DNA from: Chthoniobacterales bacterium
GTDB taxonomy: Bacteria > Verrucomicrobiota > Verrucomicrobiia > Chthoniobacterales > JACTMZ01
Direction: 5' to 3'
NCBI GenBank assembly: GCA_044371145.1
Contig: JBILUI010000001.1
Coordinates: 3,497 to 67,496 of the forward strand
DNA length: 64,000 nucleotides
Positions 45,501 to 53,884 of the stretch are shown one piece after another. Numbering within the stretch: position 1 is the stretch's first letter; each line of letters opens with the position of its first letter. The notes below the pieces were generated by a model that ran no database searches, was not told the DNA's origin, and worked only from the letters and a program-made list of their open reading frames with translations. The position numbers and the translations under genes are program-made.

Positions 45501-46175
45501 TCATCGGCGGTAATAGCCAAAGAGCCTCATGTCGGAATCGTAGAGTCTCTCGATTCTGCCACGCGACAGGTCATCCAGGCCGCTGCGCCCGTCTTCCGGC
45601 AGCGAGGAATTCTGCCTGGGGATAAAATCGACTTTGAGGTCGAGCATGGACAGCATGCGCTCCAAATCCGATTCGAACGACTCCATGCGTCCGAGAAGAT
45701 CGATGTTCCCCAAGTCGACAAGCCGGGCCTGGCGGCGCAGATGGACATCGCAGCGATCGAGATCGAGGCCCTCGGCAAACGCGATGAATTCGCCGAGCTC
45801 TTTCATCCTTGCGTGATCGGAACTGCCGAATCCGAAATGGTTGCGCTCGAGCACGCGATCGCGCCAGCAGGACAAGAAGCGCTCGACGGGATCGCGGACG
45901 AAAGCGAACTTGAAATGATTCCGAACGGCTGCAGGGCGGTAATGCTGGAAGATACCGTTCTCCAGTTCGAAAACCGCACCGGCTTTTCGCAGGACGTCAA
46001 AGATCGTTCTCGTCCCGACTTTGGCCACGCGAAACCAGACGAACTTCGGTTCTCTTCCTATGGTCAGGTTGTAGCGCTGCTGGGAAGGGTAGAAACCCTG
46101 GAGAACCGCTCTCCTTGCGATGGCCTGGAAAGCGTCGTTGCGCCAACCGGGACGCGTTTCAGGAAGGTCGTGCAT
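45501..46175 (-). CDS. Sulfotransferase family 2 (carbohydrate sulfotransferase-like)
   Basis: WFRVAKVGTRTIFDVL (PAPS 5-prime-phosphosulfate loop), FAFVRDPVERFLSCW, DVHLRRQ and LGRMESFESDL, in the order typical of the Sulfotransfer_2 family. Confidence 0.8.
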   Translation of the reverse strand: MHDLPETRPGWRNDAFQAIARRAVLQGFYPSQQRYNLTIGREPKFVWFRVAKVGTRTIFDVLRKAGAVFELENGIFQHYRPAAVRNHFKFAFVRDPVERFLSCWRDRVLERNHFGFGSSDHARMKELGEFIAFAEGLDLDRCDVHLRRQARLVDLGNIDLLGRMESFESDLERMLSMLDLKVDFIPRQNSSLPEDGRSGLDDLSRGRIERLYDSDMRLFGYYRR

Positions 46176-46848
46176 GGTTCAAGCGGGACAGGAACCGCGT
46201 CGTGACTTTGCGCAAGAAATGCCTGAGGCCCCAGACATGCCCGACGCCGCGCACCAGGTAAGGCGGCGCAGGAATGGGATCGAGACCGTTGCGTAAAGCC
46301 CACGCATTGTAGGCACGGAAATTTGCCTGGTAGTAAGGATCCGCGTCTTGCGTTGCCGCAGAGGATTTGGCGTGGGAGCGGTGGTCAATATAGCCGGTGA
46401 GGTTTTCGTAATTGCCCGCTTTTTCCATCGCCCTGGAAATCCACCAGTCTACGTACGAGGCACCAATGTGTAACTTGGGGATATCTTTGGAAAGATAATC
46501 ATCCCATATCCGCAAAGGGATATAATACATATCGATACCGTGTACAAAACGTCCGCTCGGAACCTCCCGGCGGCGGAATCCGTAAACGCGGTCCGGATCG
46601 GGCACATCGAATGGGTCGCGCGTGAGTTCGACATCGGAGTTGCACCACACCAAAGCGCGGGCGGAGGTCTCACGGCGGGCTCGGTCAATGACATCACCCA
46701 AGAGGACGAGCCGACGGCCGGCCGGAAATCGGACAGGCGTTAACCCGAGACCAACAATGCTTTTATCCAGGCGTTCTTGCGCCGAATGGAGTCGCGCGTT
46801 GTCGGAGTCGGTGAGCCAGACAAATGTGACGACTCTGTTCTCCTTCAA
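46159..46848 (-). CDS. Hypothetical protein (no family recognised)
   Basis: 229-aa ORF. TTG start forms a TTGA overlap with the upstream stop (46845..46848). Lower-GC block. Confidence 0.45.
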   Translation of the reverse strand: MKENRVVTFVWLTDSDNARLHSAQERLDKSIVGLGLTPVRFPAGRRLVLLGDVIDRARRETSARALVWCNSDVELTRDPFDVPDPDRVYGFRRREVPSGRFVHGIDMYYIPLRIWDDYLSKDIPKLHIGASYVDWWISRAMEKAGNYENLTGYIDHRSHAKSSAATQDADPYYQANFRAYNAWALRNGLDPIPAPPYLVRGVGHVWGLRHFLRKVTTRFLSRLNHARPS

Positions 46849-47870
46849 GGCTTTGTGTCTTTCGTTGCCGATCCCGCAGCCATTGTTCCCTCGCCCCGCA
46901 ATTCAGGGACGGCTTTCTCGAGGGAATTCAGATAAATCGCCGATGAGCGGCTGTCCATATGCATGCCATCGGTCCAAGTCAGGCTCTCCTGGTCAACAGG
47001 CACTTGCAAGGCTGCGAAGGCTGCGGACGGCAGCCTCTGCCGGACGATTCGGAGAATGGCTTGGACGTAGGGGTGCCCGGCAAGATCCGGTGCAACCGGA
47101 AGAAAAACGAATCGTACCTTGGTGCCACGCTCCTCCAATTTACTCGCCAGACTTAACGCGCGGGAAAAATTGTCTTCGGCCCGCACTAAGACACTTTCGT
47201 CGGCCGCCAGCTTGTCGAAGAGAGCTTGTGTTTTTAGCTTAAGAGTCCCGTTTCGTTCTGCAGTTGCCGGCAGGTCGTCTGCCTCTTGTCGCTCACCGGC
47301 AACACGTTGTGCACGCTTCAGCATAAACTGCGCATCGGGATGGACACCGAAGCTGCTGGCAAACACCGTGCGGATGGGTTTCAGATCGCGAAGGACCATT
47401 CGTAGACGGTCAAAAGTTGGAGGCAATTCGCCATAGGCTCTTACAAGTTCCGTGTTGAGTTCTCTCTCCAGAAGATTGATTTCGGCCAGCACGAGTCGAG
47501 GGCGGCGATTTGACTGCGCCACGATTTCCAGACCGGTGAGAAAACTGCCTCCGGGCAAAGCAAGGTTGGAAACTTCAGACCACCGGAAAAGCTCATCCCT
47601 CATCTTGTTGCTGAGGGAGCTTCCCACGATCACAACATCGACGTGGTCTCGTGACAAAAACCGCTGCACTTTCTGGTGCTGCAAATCCCCCGGCGAAGTC
47701 GCCGGCTTCCGCACCGACCGCCAGCTATCGAAGCTCAGCACATAGAGGGAGAGCAGGATCGCGAATGCGACGACGAAGATTGCCCACCAGCGGGCCGGGC
47801 GCGCCGTCCGCTCCGGACGCACAAGATTGGTTTCATCGAAAAACGAATGAGGCGGCATACGTCGCTGCAA
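46845..47870 (-). CDS. TM-anchored SGNH/DltD-like putative acyl-transfer partner of MBOAT copy 3
   Basis: TM helix WWAIFVVAFAILLSLYVL, block-I-like VVIVGSSLSN, and C-terminal WTDGMHMD (DxxH). It starts 8 nt after the MBOAT stop and has the same layout as 31270..32412. Confidence 0.55.
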   Translation of the reverse strand: MQRRMPPHSFFDETNLVRPERTARPARWWAIFVVAFAILLSLYVLSFDSWRSVRKPATSPGDLQHQKVQRFLSRDHVDVVIVGSSLSNKMRDELFRWSEVSNLALPGGSFLTGLEIVAQSNRRPRLVLAEINLLERELNTELVRAYGELPPTFDRLRMVLRDLKPIRTVFASSFGVHPDAQFMLKRAQRVAGERQEADDLPATAERNGTLKLKTQALFDKLAADESVLVRAEDNFSRALSLASKLEERGTKVRFVFLPVAPDLAGHPYVQAILRIVRQRLPSAAFAALQVPVDQESLTWTDGMHMDSRSSAIYLNSLEKAVPELRGEGTMAAGSATKDTKP

Positions 47871-47878
47871 ACCTGATT

Positions 47879-49273
47879 TTAGAACTGAAAGTAAATAAAG
47901 GCTGTGTCAGGCCCACCTTCGATAAAGGAAAGCAGCAGAAGAACCGCATAGAGAACGGGCTCGTATTTGCGGAAGAGAGCAGTTCTTGCCAACGGTGCGC
48001 AGAGATGCTGAAGCACAACCGGCAACGCATACACAACCGCTAGGACGTAATAGTATGGACCGCGGAAAGCAGCCCAAGGATTCTCCAGCCAGCCCTGTAA
48101 ATAGGCGGTGCTTTCCGCCCATCCGTTGACCTTGAAAAGGAGCCAACCCAAGCTTACGAGGGCAAAAACAGCCGCAATCCGCAGAAAGCGCATGGGGAAG
48201 CTATGAAGCAGGCGTGCCACTCTGGGTATCGGGCCTAATAGGGTGCGAAAGGCTCTCTCGAAGCAAAGCAGGATTCCGTGATAAAGTCCCCAGACGAGAA
48301 AGTTGATGCTGCTCCCGTGCCACAAACCGCCAAGGCCCATCACGACAAGGAGATTGAAGTAGGTTCTCGATGAGCCCCGGCGACTCCCGCCCAGCGGTAT
48401 GTAGAGATAGTTCTTCAGCCAAGTTGACAGCGAAATGTGCCAGCGGTGCCAGAATTGGGCGAAGGATGCCGACAAGTAGGGCAGCCTGAAGTTCACGGGT
48501 AGCCGGTAGCCAAACAAGAGCGCCAACCCGATAGCCATGGCCGAGTAGCCAAAGAAGTCGGCGTAGATCTGGAAGCTAAAAAGACCCAACAAAAACAGAC
48601 GGTCAATGCCACCCAGAGTGCTTATGGAGTCGGCTGTCTCCATGTAAACAGTGAACTCGTTGAGGTTATTGGCACAAAAAGCCTTCATGAAAAAACCGAC
48701 CACAATCCATTTGGCGGCTGCGATGAAATCCACATCATCTATCCGCTTCGGCTCGATCTGCGGAAAGAAGCCGCGGGCGCGCGTGATGGGACCGCAAACC
48801 AGCTGTGGAAAAAAGAGAATATACAGCATGGTTTGTCCCGCGGACGGCGGAGAAACAGCCGTGCGATTCTTGGTGTAGTCGACAAGCAGGCTGATGTTGT
48901 GAAAAACGAAAAAAGAGATACCGATGGGCAATGGCAGCATGACAAAGTAGTCGAAGAAGAAAACTCCTGTTCCCGCGAAATTCAGAGGATCGACGAAAAG
49001 AAATTTGTATTTGAAAAAAGCCAACAGCGATAAGTTGGCGACCACACCGGCAATCATCCACGGAACACCGGACTTCATCGCGCCCCACAGACACGCCTGG
49101 GTGGCCAGCAGCGCGGTCAGCAAAAGAGGCAAAAATCTGGCATCGGCCCAGGCAAAGAAGAACATGCTGGCCATGATCAGCAGCGGCACCTGCATGTTTC
49201 GGAAGACAGGAGCATAATAAAGCGCGAAGACCGCAACCACGAACACGGCGAATTGCCACGAGAGAAAATTCAT
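47879..49273 (-). CDS. MBOAT family O-acyltransferase, copy 3
   Basis: FFGYSAMAIG, FWHRWHISLSTWLKNYLYIPLGGSR, GLWHGSSINF and C-terminal FIYFQF. Lower GC than copies 1 and 2. Confidence 0.92.
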   Translation of the reverse strand: MNFLSWQFAVFVVAVFALYYAPVFRNMQVPLLIMASMFFFAWADARFLPLLLTALLATQACLWGAMKSGVPWMIAGVVANLSLLAFFKYKFLFVDPLNFAGTGVFFFDYFVMLPLPIGISFFVFHNISLLVDYTKNRTAVSPPSAGQTMLYILFFPQLVCGPITRARGFFPQIEPKRIDDVDFIAAAKWIVVGFFMKAFCANNLNEFTVYMETADSISTLGGIDRLFLLGLFSFQIYADFFGYSAMAIGLALLFGYRLPVNFRLPYLSASFAQFWHRWHISLSTWLKNYLYIPLGGSRRGSSRTYFNLLVVMGLGGLWHGSSINFLVWGLYHGILLCFERAFRTLLGPIPRVARLLHSFPMRFLRIAAVFALVSLGWLLFKVNGWAESTAYLQGWLENPWAAFRGPYYYVLAVVYALPVVLQHLCAPLARTALFRKYEPVLYAVLLLLSFIEGGPDTAFIYFQF

Positions 49274-49303
49274 GACCCGACCTTGGGTTCTGGGTGCCGC
49301 AAC

Positions 49304-50287
49304 TCAGCAACACACCCGCTTCTTGGCGATTAGATCGCGCAATTCGAAGCGCACCGGACAGCTGCTACGGAAAAGCCAGCCAACAATATGGCCCCACCCC
49401 CATCGGCGCCCCGCCCGCAGGTTTTTGCGCGTGGCTCGCCACCAACCCCGCCAAGTGCCGTCGAACTGACTCCACCAGACGACGTCCATTTGACGGTAAA
49501 CCATGCCCTGAAGTTCCGGGTAACGCTGCCGCATGACCCGACTTCCAAGCAGAGAGATTAGCCTGTCGATCCTGAGTCGCTTCTTTTCTTCCAAGCCAAG
49601 CGGCGACCAGATTCCAGCAGAGTGCTGCCGGTAGGCGCAGCCATCGAAGTCCTCGAAGCCCAACAGACCGTGTTCGGTCACGAGAAGATCGAACATGAAA
49701 TCATAGGGAGTCCGGAGGTAATAGTCGGGCGTTTCGCCCATAACACACGACTTGCGAAACACAAGCGACGCCGTCGGGTATCCTGATCGCAACTCGCGGA
49801 GACAATCGGCCTGCGTGTATTCGCCCCGGTAAGCAAGTCCGTCCCAGACAAAGGGAATGATATTCCCGCCCTCGTTGACGGCATGACCCCGGTGAAAGAC
49901 AGCGGCCCAAGCCGGTTCGGACTGCAGTCGGCGCACTTGACGCTGCAATTTGGATGGCTCGGTCCAAAAGTCATCTCCTTCGCAGAGGGCTATGAATTTT
50001 CCGCGAGCGGAGCGGAATGTCTCGATCCACATGGAGCCGAGTTCCCCGCGTGAATAGCGGTTCGAAGCCTGACGATTCCACCGGAAGCGATCCGGATGTG
50101 ACTCCGCATAAAAACTCAACAGGCCCGGTGTATTGTCGGTCGAAGCGTCGTCGTTGACTATGATCTCGAACGGAAAATCCGTCCTTTGGGCCAAAAAGGA
50201 GTCGACGGCCTGGCGGATGAAGCGCTCGTGGTTGTAAGCAAAGCACACCACGCTGACAAGCGGAGCGGTCCCGGACCGAGTGATCAT
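49304..50287 (-). CDS. Glycosyltransferase family 2 (paralogue of the C-terminal half of 55385..57493)
   Basis: APLVSVVCFAYNHERF, IIVNDDASTDNT and CEGDDFWT motifs. I chose the ATG at 50287 (MITRSGTAPL). The ORF-track start 50488 overlaps the DegT gene. Confidence 0.85.
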   Translation of the reverse strand: MITRSGTAPLVSVVCFAYNHERFIRQAVDSFLAQRTDFPFEIIVNDDASTDNTPGLLSFYAESHPDRFRWNRQASNRYSRGELGSMWIETFRSARGKFIALCEGDDFWTEPSKLQRQVRRLQSEPAWAAVFHRGHAVNEGGNIIPFVWDGLAYRGEYTQADCLRELRSGYPTASLVFRKSCVMGETPDYYLRTPYDFMFDLLVTEHGLLGFEDFDGCAYRQHSAGIWSPLGLEEKKRLRIDRLISLLGSRVMRQRYPELQGMVYRQMDVVWWSQFDGTWRGWWRATRKNLRAGRRWGWGHIVGWLFRSSCPVRFELRDLIAKKRVCC

Positions 50288-50319
50288 GTCTGGAAATCGG
50301 AGCTTTCCACCGCGGACGC

Positions 50320-51459
50320 TTAACTTAGCAGGCATCTGATGAGCCCGCAGATGCGTTCGACATGAGAGCAATCGACGGATTGCCCGGTGGGCAAAACGAT
50401 CACGCTTTCGGCGACAGCCTCGGAATGCACCAGATTGTTGGACCGCCCGGACAATTCGGTCCGATAAGGCTCCATGCGATGGCAGCACGGCCAGAAATAC
50501 CTTCGCGCGATGACGTTTTCCGCATGCAGCGCGTTGACGATCTCGTCGCGCGATTTCCGACAGACTTTGGGGTCAACTTCCAACACAACGTATTGAAAAT
50601 TGCTCATGTCCTGCGGGTTGTATCGCAGGAGCGAAAGACCCGGAAGATTCCGCAAACCGTCGCGGTAAGCCTCGTAGTTGGCACGGTTGCAGGCGACGAT
50701 CTCTTCCATTGCTTCGAGACTGGTCAGCCCCATGGCTGCGCCAATCTCGCTGAGTTTCCCGTTCACACCCAGACCCACAACATTGTCAAAGCCCGCGAAC
50801 CCGAAATTTCTCATCAAACGCATGCGGGCGGCCAGATCGTCATGGTTGGTCACAATCGCACCGCCCTCGAAACAATTGACGAATTTGGTCGCGTGAAAAC
50901 TGAACACTTCGCATTGCCCGAAGTGGCCGATCATGGTCCCGTCGTGGGAGCAGTGGAAGGCGTGCGAGGCGTCATACATGACTTTAAGTCCATGCCGCTG
51001 CGCCAGGAGATCAATCGCGTTGCTTTCGCAGGCCCTCCCCCACAAATGGACACCGACGATACCCGACGTCCTGTCCGTGATCAGCGGTTCAATGGCACGC
51101 GGATCGATGTTGTGAGTGCGCGGATCGATGTCGGCAAAAACCGGAGTCAGGCCCAGCCAGCGCAAAGCGTGGGCGGTCGCGACGAAGGTGTAGGACGGAA
51201 CAATGACCTCGCCGGTCAAACCGATGGCGCGCGCGGCAATTTCCAAGGCGACCGTTCCGTTGCAGACCGCCACGCAATGCTTGACCCCGATAATCTGCTG
51301 AATTCTGGATTCGAATTCCTGCACCAAAGGCCCGTGATTGGACAAAACACGCCGATCGAGAATTTGATCGATGCGCGCGTGCAAAGTTGCACGGTCCCCT
51401 ATGTTCGGTCGCCCGACATGAAGGGGTTCGGCAAAAATCGGTTTCCTTGGAGTCTTCAA
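50320..51459 (-). CDS. DegT/DnrJ/EryC1/StrS family sugar aminotransferase
   Basis: PLP-lysine context EVFSFHATKF, plus CNGTVALEIA and DASHAF. The TTG at 51459 forms a TTGA overlap with the upstream stop and gives (M)KTPRKPIFAEPLHVGRPNIG. The ORF-track ATG starts (51543/51516) overlap the upstream gene by 60 nt or more. Confidence 0.9.
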   Translation of the reverse strand: MKTPRKPIFAEPLHVGRPNIGDRATLHARIDQILDRRVLSNHGPLVQEFESRIQQIIGVKHCVAVCNGTVALEIAARAIGLTGEVIVPSYTFVATAHALRWLGLTPVFADIDPRTHNIDPRAIEPLITDRTSGIVGVHLWGRACESNAIDLLAQRHGLKVMYDASHAFHCSHDGTMIGHFGQCEVFSFHATKFVNCFEGGAIVTNHDDLAARMRLMRNFGFAGFDNVVGLGVNGKLSEIGAAMGLTSLEAMEEIVACNRANYEAYRDGLRNLPGLSLLRYNPQDMSNFQYVVLEVDPKVCRKSRDEIVNALHAENVIARRYFWPCCHRMEPYRTELSGRSNNLVHSEAVAESVIVLPTGQSVDCSHVERICGLIRCLLS

Positions 51460-52208
51460 TTCCGCTTCCCGCGCTTCGGTGCCACACGCCTGCCGGCGCC
51501 CCAGCAGCACCCGCATTTGCCCGTTGCCGGCGGTCGATACCACGGATCCTCGGCGGACGAAGCTCTCAAAATTCTCGCCGGATTCCCGGCGACCACCTTT
51601 TCGTCACCCACGTCGCGGATCACCACACTGCCGGCACCGACCATCGAACCGCATCCTATCGATACGCCCGGGGCCAAAACAGCGCCGGCGCCGACCCACG
51701 AGAAGCAGCCGACGTGGGCACCACCACAAAGCACGGCACCCGGGGAAACGTGGGCGAAACAGCCGATCGAGCAGTCATGCTCCACGATCGCGCCGGAATT
51801 GATGATGGTCCCGCGTCGCACGACCGCGCGCGCCCCCAACACGGAGCAAGGGCCGGCCACAACGCACTCTCCGGCCTCCGCGCTTGCGGCCACGACTGCC
51901 GAAGGATGGATCGCACGGCTACATCGCAACCCTGCCCGGCGCGCTTTGGCTTCGGAACGGAATCGACCCAATGAATTGCCCATGGCCGGCAGAAAAAGGG
52001 CGTCTGGACCGCCGGCTGCCGCCAGTGCTTTCTTCCAACCGTGGTGAACATGCTCTTCGGAAGCTGGCGCTGTATTCTCATCAACGCCAAAGAAAATACG
52101 CGCCCCGGGAAAGACCAGCCGCGCAATCTCCGCCACGAAACGGGCATGGCCCCCGGCGCCCCAGAGAAGAACCGGGAGCGACTCATGGTGAATTTTGCTC
52201 CGCTTCAT
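51456..52208 (-). CDS. NeuD/PglD-type LbH sugar N-acyltransferase
   Basis: N-terminal Rossmann-like LLWGAGGHARFV followed by hexapeptide repeats (GAIVEHDCSIGCFAHVSPGAVLCGGAHVG..VGAGAVLAPGVSIG..VGAGSVV). The ATG at 52208 forms an ATGA overlap with the upstream stop. Confidence 0.85.
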   Translation of the reverse strand: MKRSKIHHESLPVLLWGAGGHARFVAEIARLVFPGARIFFGVDENTAPASEEHVHHGWKKALAAAGGPDALFLPAMGNSLGRFRSEAKARRAGLRCSRAIHPSAVVAASAEAGECVVAGPCSVLGARAVVRRGTIINSGAIVEHDCSIGCFAHVSPGAVLCGGAHVGCFSWVGAGAVLAPGVSIGCGSMVGAGSVVIRDVGDEKVVAGNPARILRASSAEDPWYRPPATGKCGCCWGAGRRVAPKRGKRN

Positions 52209-53119
52209 GACTCCGCCAGCTTCGGGTTGAGCCATGTCTGGACACCGTCTTGGAAGTCTATCTCCCCGAATGGTGTGGCCTGTCTGGAACGCGTCGCAAA
52301 GTCGTTGATCTTGGTCCAACCGAGCGCGCCGAAGCATCGCCTCAGACCTTCCTCTATGTCACTTCCATGAGTGCCGATGTGGACTCTCTTGACCAGTCTG
52401 TCCAGTGACTCGCGCGAATCCTCGACAACCTCCAGTTCCGCACCCTGGATATCCATGTCCAACAAGTCGACCGGGCCCGTTTTGGCCAAGACGTCCGGAA
52501 GATTGACCACCCTGACTTTCGCGAGGTGCCGCTTTCCGTCGATCCGGTGCCTCCACCTCTTGAGCGCAGCCCGCAGCGCGTGAAAACCGTGGGATCTCAA
52601 GCTGGGAACTGCATCTTCGCGATACATGGCCGCGCCATAAGTCTCGCGCGGCTCGCCGACCTCAAACCAGGCACGACGGCCACGGGTGCGAGCGCCAACC
52701 GCTGCTTCAATGAGCACGTGTGCGGAGGGATCAATTCCGTTGTCGATGAAGTGTTGGGAGATATAGGAAAAGCGGGAGGGCTCCGCCTCGACGGCGACAA
52801 GGAGGGGCTGTACATCGGATGTCTGCCTGAGCGCCGCAGCTGCAGCGACAACCCACGCTCCGTAGCCGGCGCCCAGCTCGATCATGACAAAACGTCCGCG
52901 AGATGAATGGACCGCGCTGAGGATCTCAACCCATTCAAAATACGATTCGTTGAACTCCGGAAGATCACCAGGTTTTATTTTAACGCGCCAGCGTGACATA
53001 TCCATGAAGGATTCGCGTGTCTTCACCCCGAGTCCGTTCACAATGAGCCCTGGCTCCTGCGGGCGGAGCCTGAAGTCAAAGTGTGAAAATACAGGGTGGT
53101 GAGCGGGTGGCTTTTCCAT
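52205..53119 (-). CDS. FkbM family methyltransferase
   Basis: MIELGAGYGAW (motif I) and VDLLDMDIQGAELEVV, typical of FkbM. Confidence 0.8.
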   Translation of the reverse strand: MEKPPAHHPVFSHFDFRLRPQEPGLIVNGLGVKTRESFMDMSRWRVKIKPGDLPEFNESYFEWVEILSAVHSSRGRFVMIELGAGYGAWVVAAAAALRQTSDVQPLLVAVEAEPSRFSYISQHFIDNGIDPSAHVLIEAAVGARTRGRRAWFEVGEPRETYGAAMYREDAVPSLRSHGFHALRAALKRWRHRIDGKRHLAKVRVVNLPDVLAKTGPVDLLDMDIQGAELEVVEDSRESLDRLVKRVHIGTHGSDIEEGLRRCFGALGWTKINDFATRSRQATPFGEIDFQDGVQTWLNPKLAES

Positions 53120-53161
53120 AATAAGCTGATTACTGCGCCATGGTTGTGTGGTGCCGCCTCA

Positions 53162-53884
53162 TTATAAGCGACACGCACGCTGGATATCCACGTGGACGCA
53201 GGAGGCTCCGACGCGAAGCGCCAAATTGTAGCCGCGGTCCTTCATGAAACTTGCTATGCTTGAGTCTTGCGTTCCGAAGTCCTCCACAAGCACTACAGTC
53301 GGGCGGAAACGATCCCAGTTGTTGGAGCGAAGCACTTCGAAATCATGCCCCTCGCAATCGATGTCAAAAAGATCGATGGGGCGTCCGGGCTCCCAGTGCT
53401 CTCCAAGTAAGGCGCCCAGAGTAACGGGACGCATCACATCCCCCTTTTCCGCACCCGCGTGACCGGTGATGCGGTCGGAAGGCCTACCCGCTACGGAAAC
53501 AGCCAACTTTTCGTCACGGTCGGAAACTGCAGCGCAGACAAACTTGTCGCGGGGCCGCAAGAGACTGAAAGAAGCCTCATGCTGCAGATTCATGTCCACA
53601 ACAAGCCCGGACCCCCCGCGCTGATAAAATCTGTAAGTGTTTGAATGCTCGATCGGATGAAAACATCCGACATCGACGTAGGAATACGGCCGCTTGCAAC
53701 CGGCTTCATCAAGCAGCTTTTCCAAGACAAGATCCTCACCGCACTGCGAAAAAGACAGGCGGGCAAAAGGAAGACAGTGTGCAGGCCACTGGCTGTAGCG
53801 GACATGACAGGTCGCAGAAAGCAACCTCTGCGCCAACGATTGCAGCCGTTTTTGCAGAAACTGAGGAAGGTGCATGAGAATCAA
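53162..53884 (-). CDS. FkbM family methyltransferase
   Basis: FSQCGEDLVLEKLL, YVDVGCFHP and IDLFDIDCEGHDFEVL. The TTG at 53884 forms a TTGA overlap with the wzt stop; an ATG at 53875 is also possible. Confidence 0.8.
   Translation of the reverse strand: MILMHLPQFLQKRLQSLAQRLLSATCHVRYSQWPAHCLPFARLSFSQCGEDLVLEKLLDEAGCKRPYSYVDVGCFHPIEHSNTYRFYQRGGSGLVVDMNLQHEASFSLLRPRDKFVCAAVSDRDEKLAVSVAGRPSDRITGHAGAEKGDVMRPVTLGALLGEHWEPGRPIDLFDIDCEGHDFEVLRSNNWDRFRPTVVLVEDFGTQDSSIASFMKDRGYNLALRVGASCVHVDIQRACRL

Noticed and set aside
11541-52047. Very long alternative-frame or antisense ORFs (for example 11541..12833 -, 22156..23592 +, 24292..25848 -, 28447..30012 +, 50362..52047 +)
   Set aside because: Each overlaps a gene with clear family motifs on the other strand or frame. 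Their translations are dominated by Arg/Pro/Gly/Ala with no motifs, which is the usual high-GC artefact.
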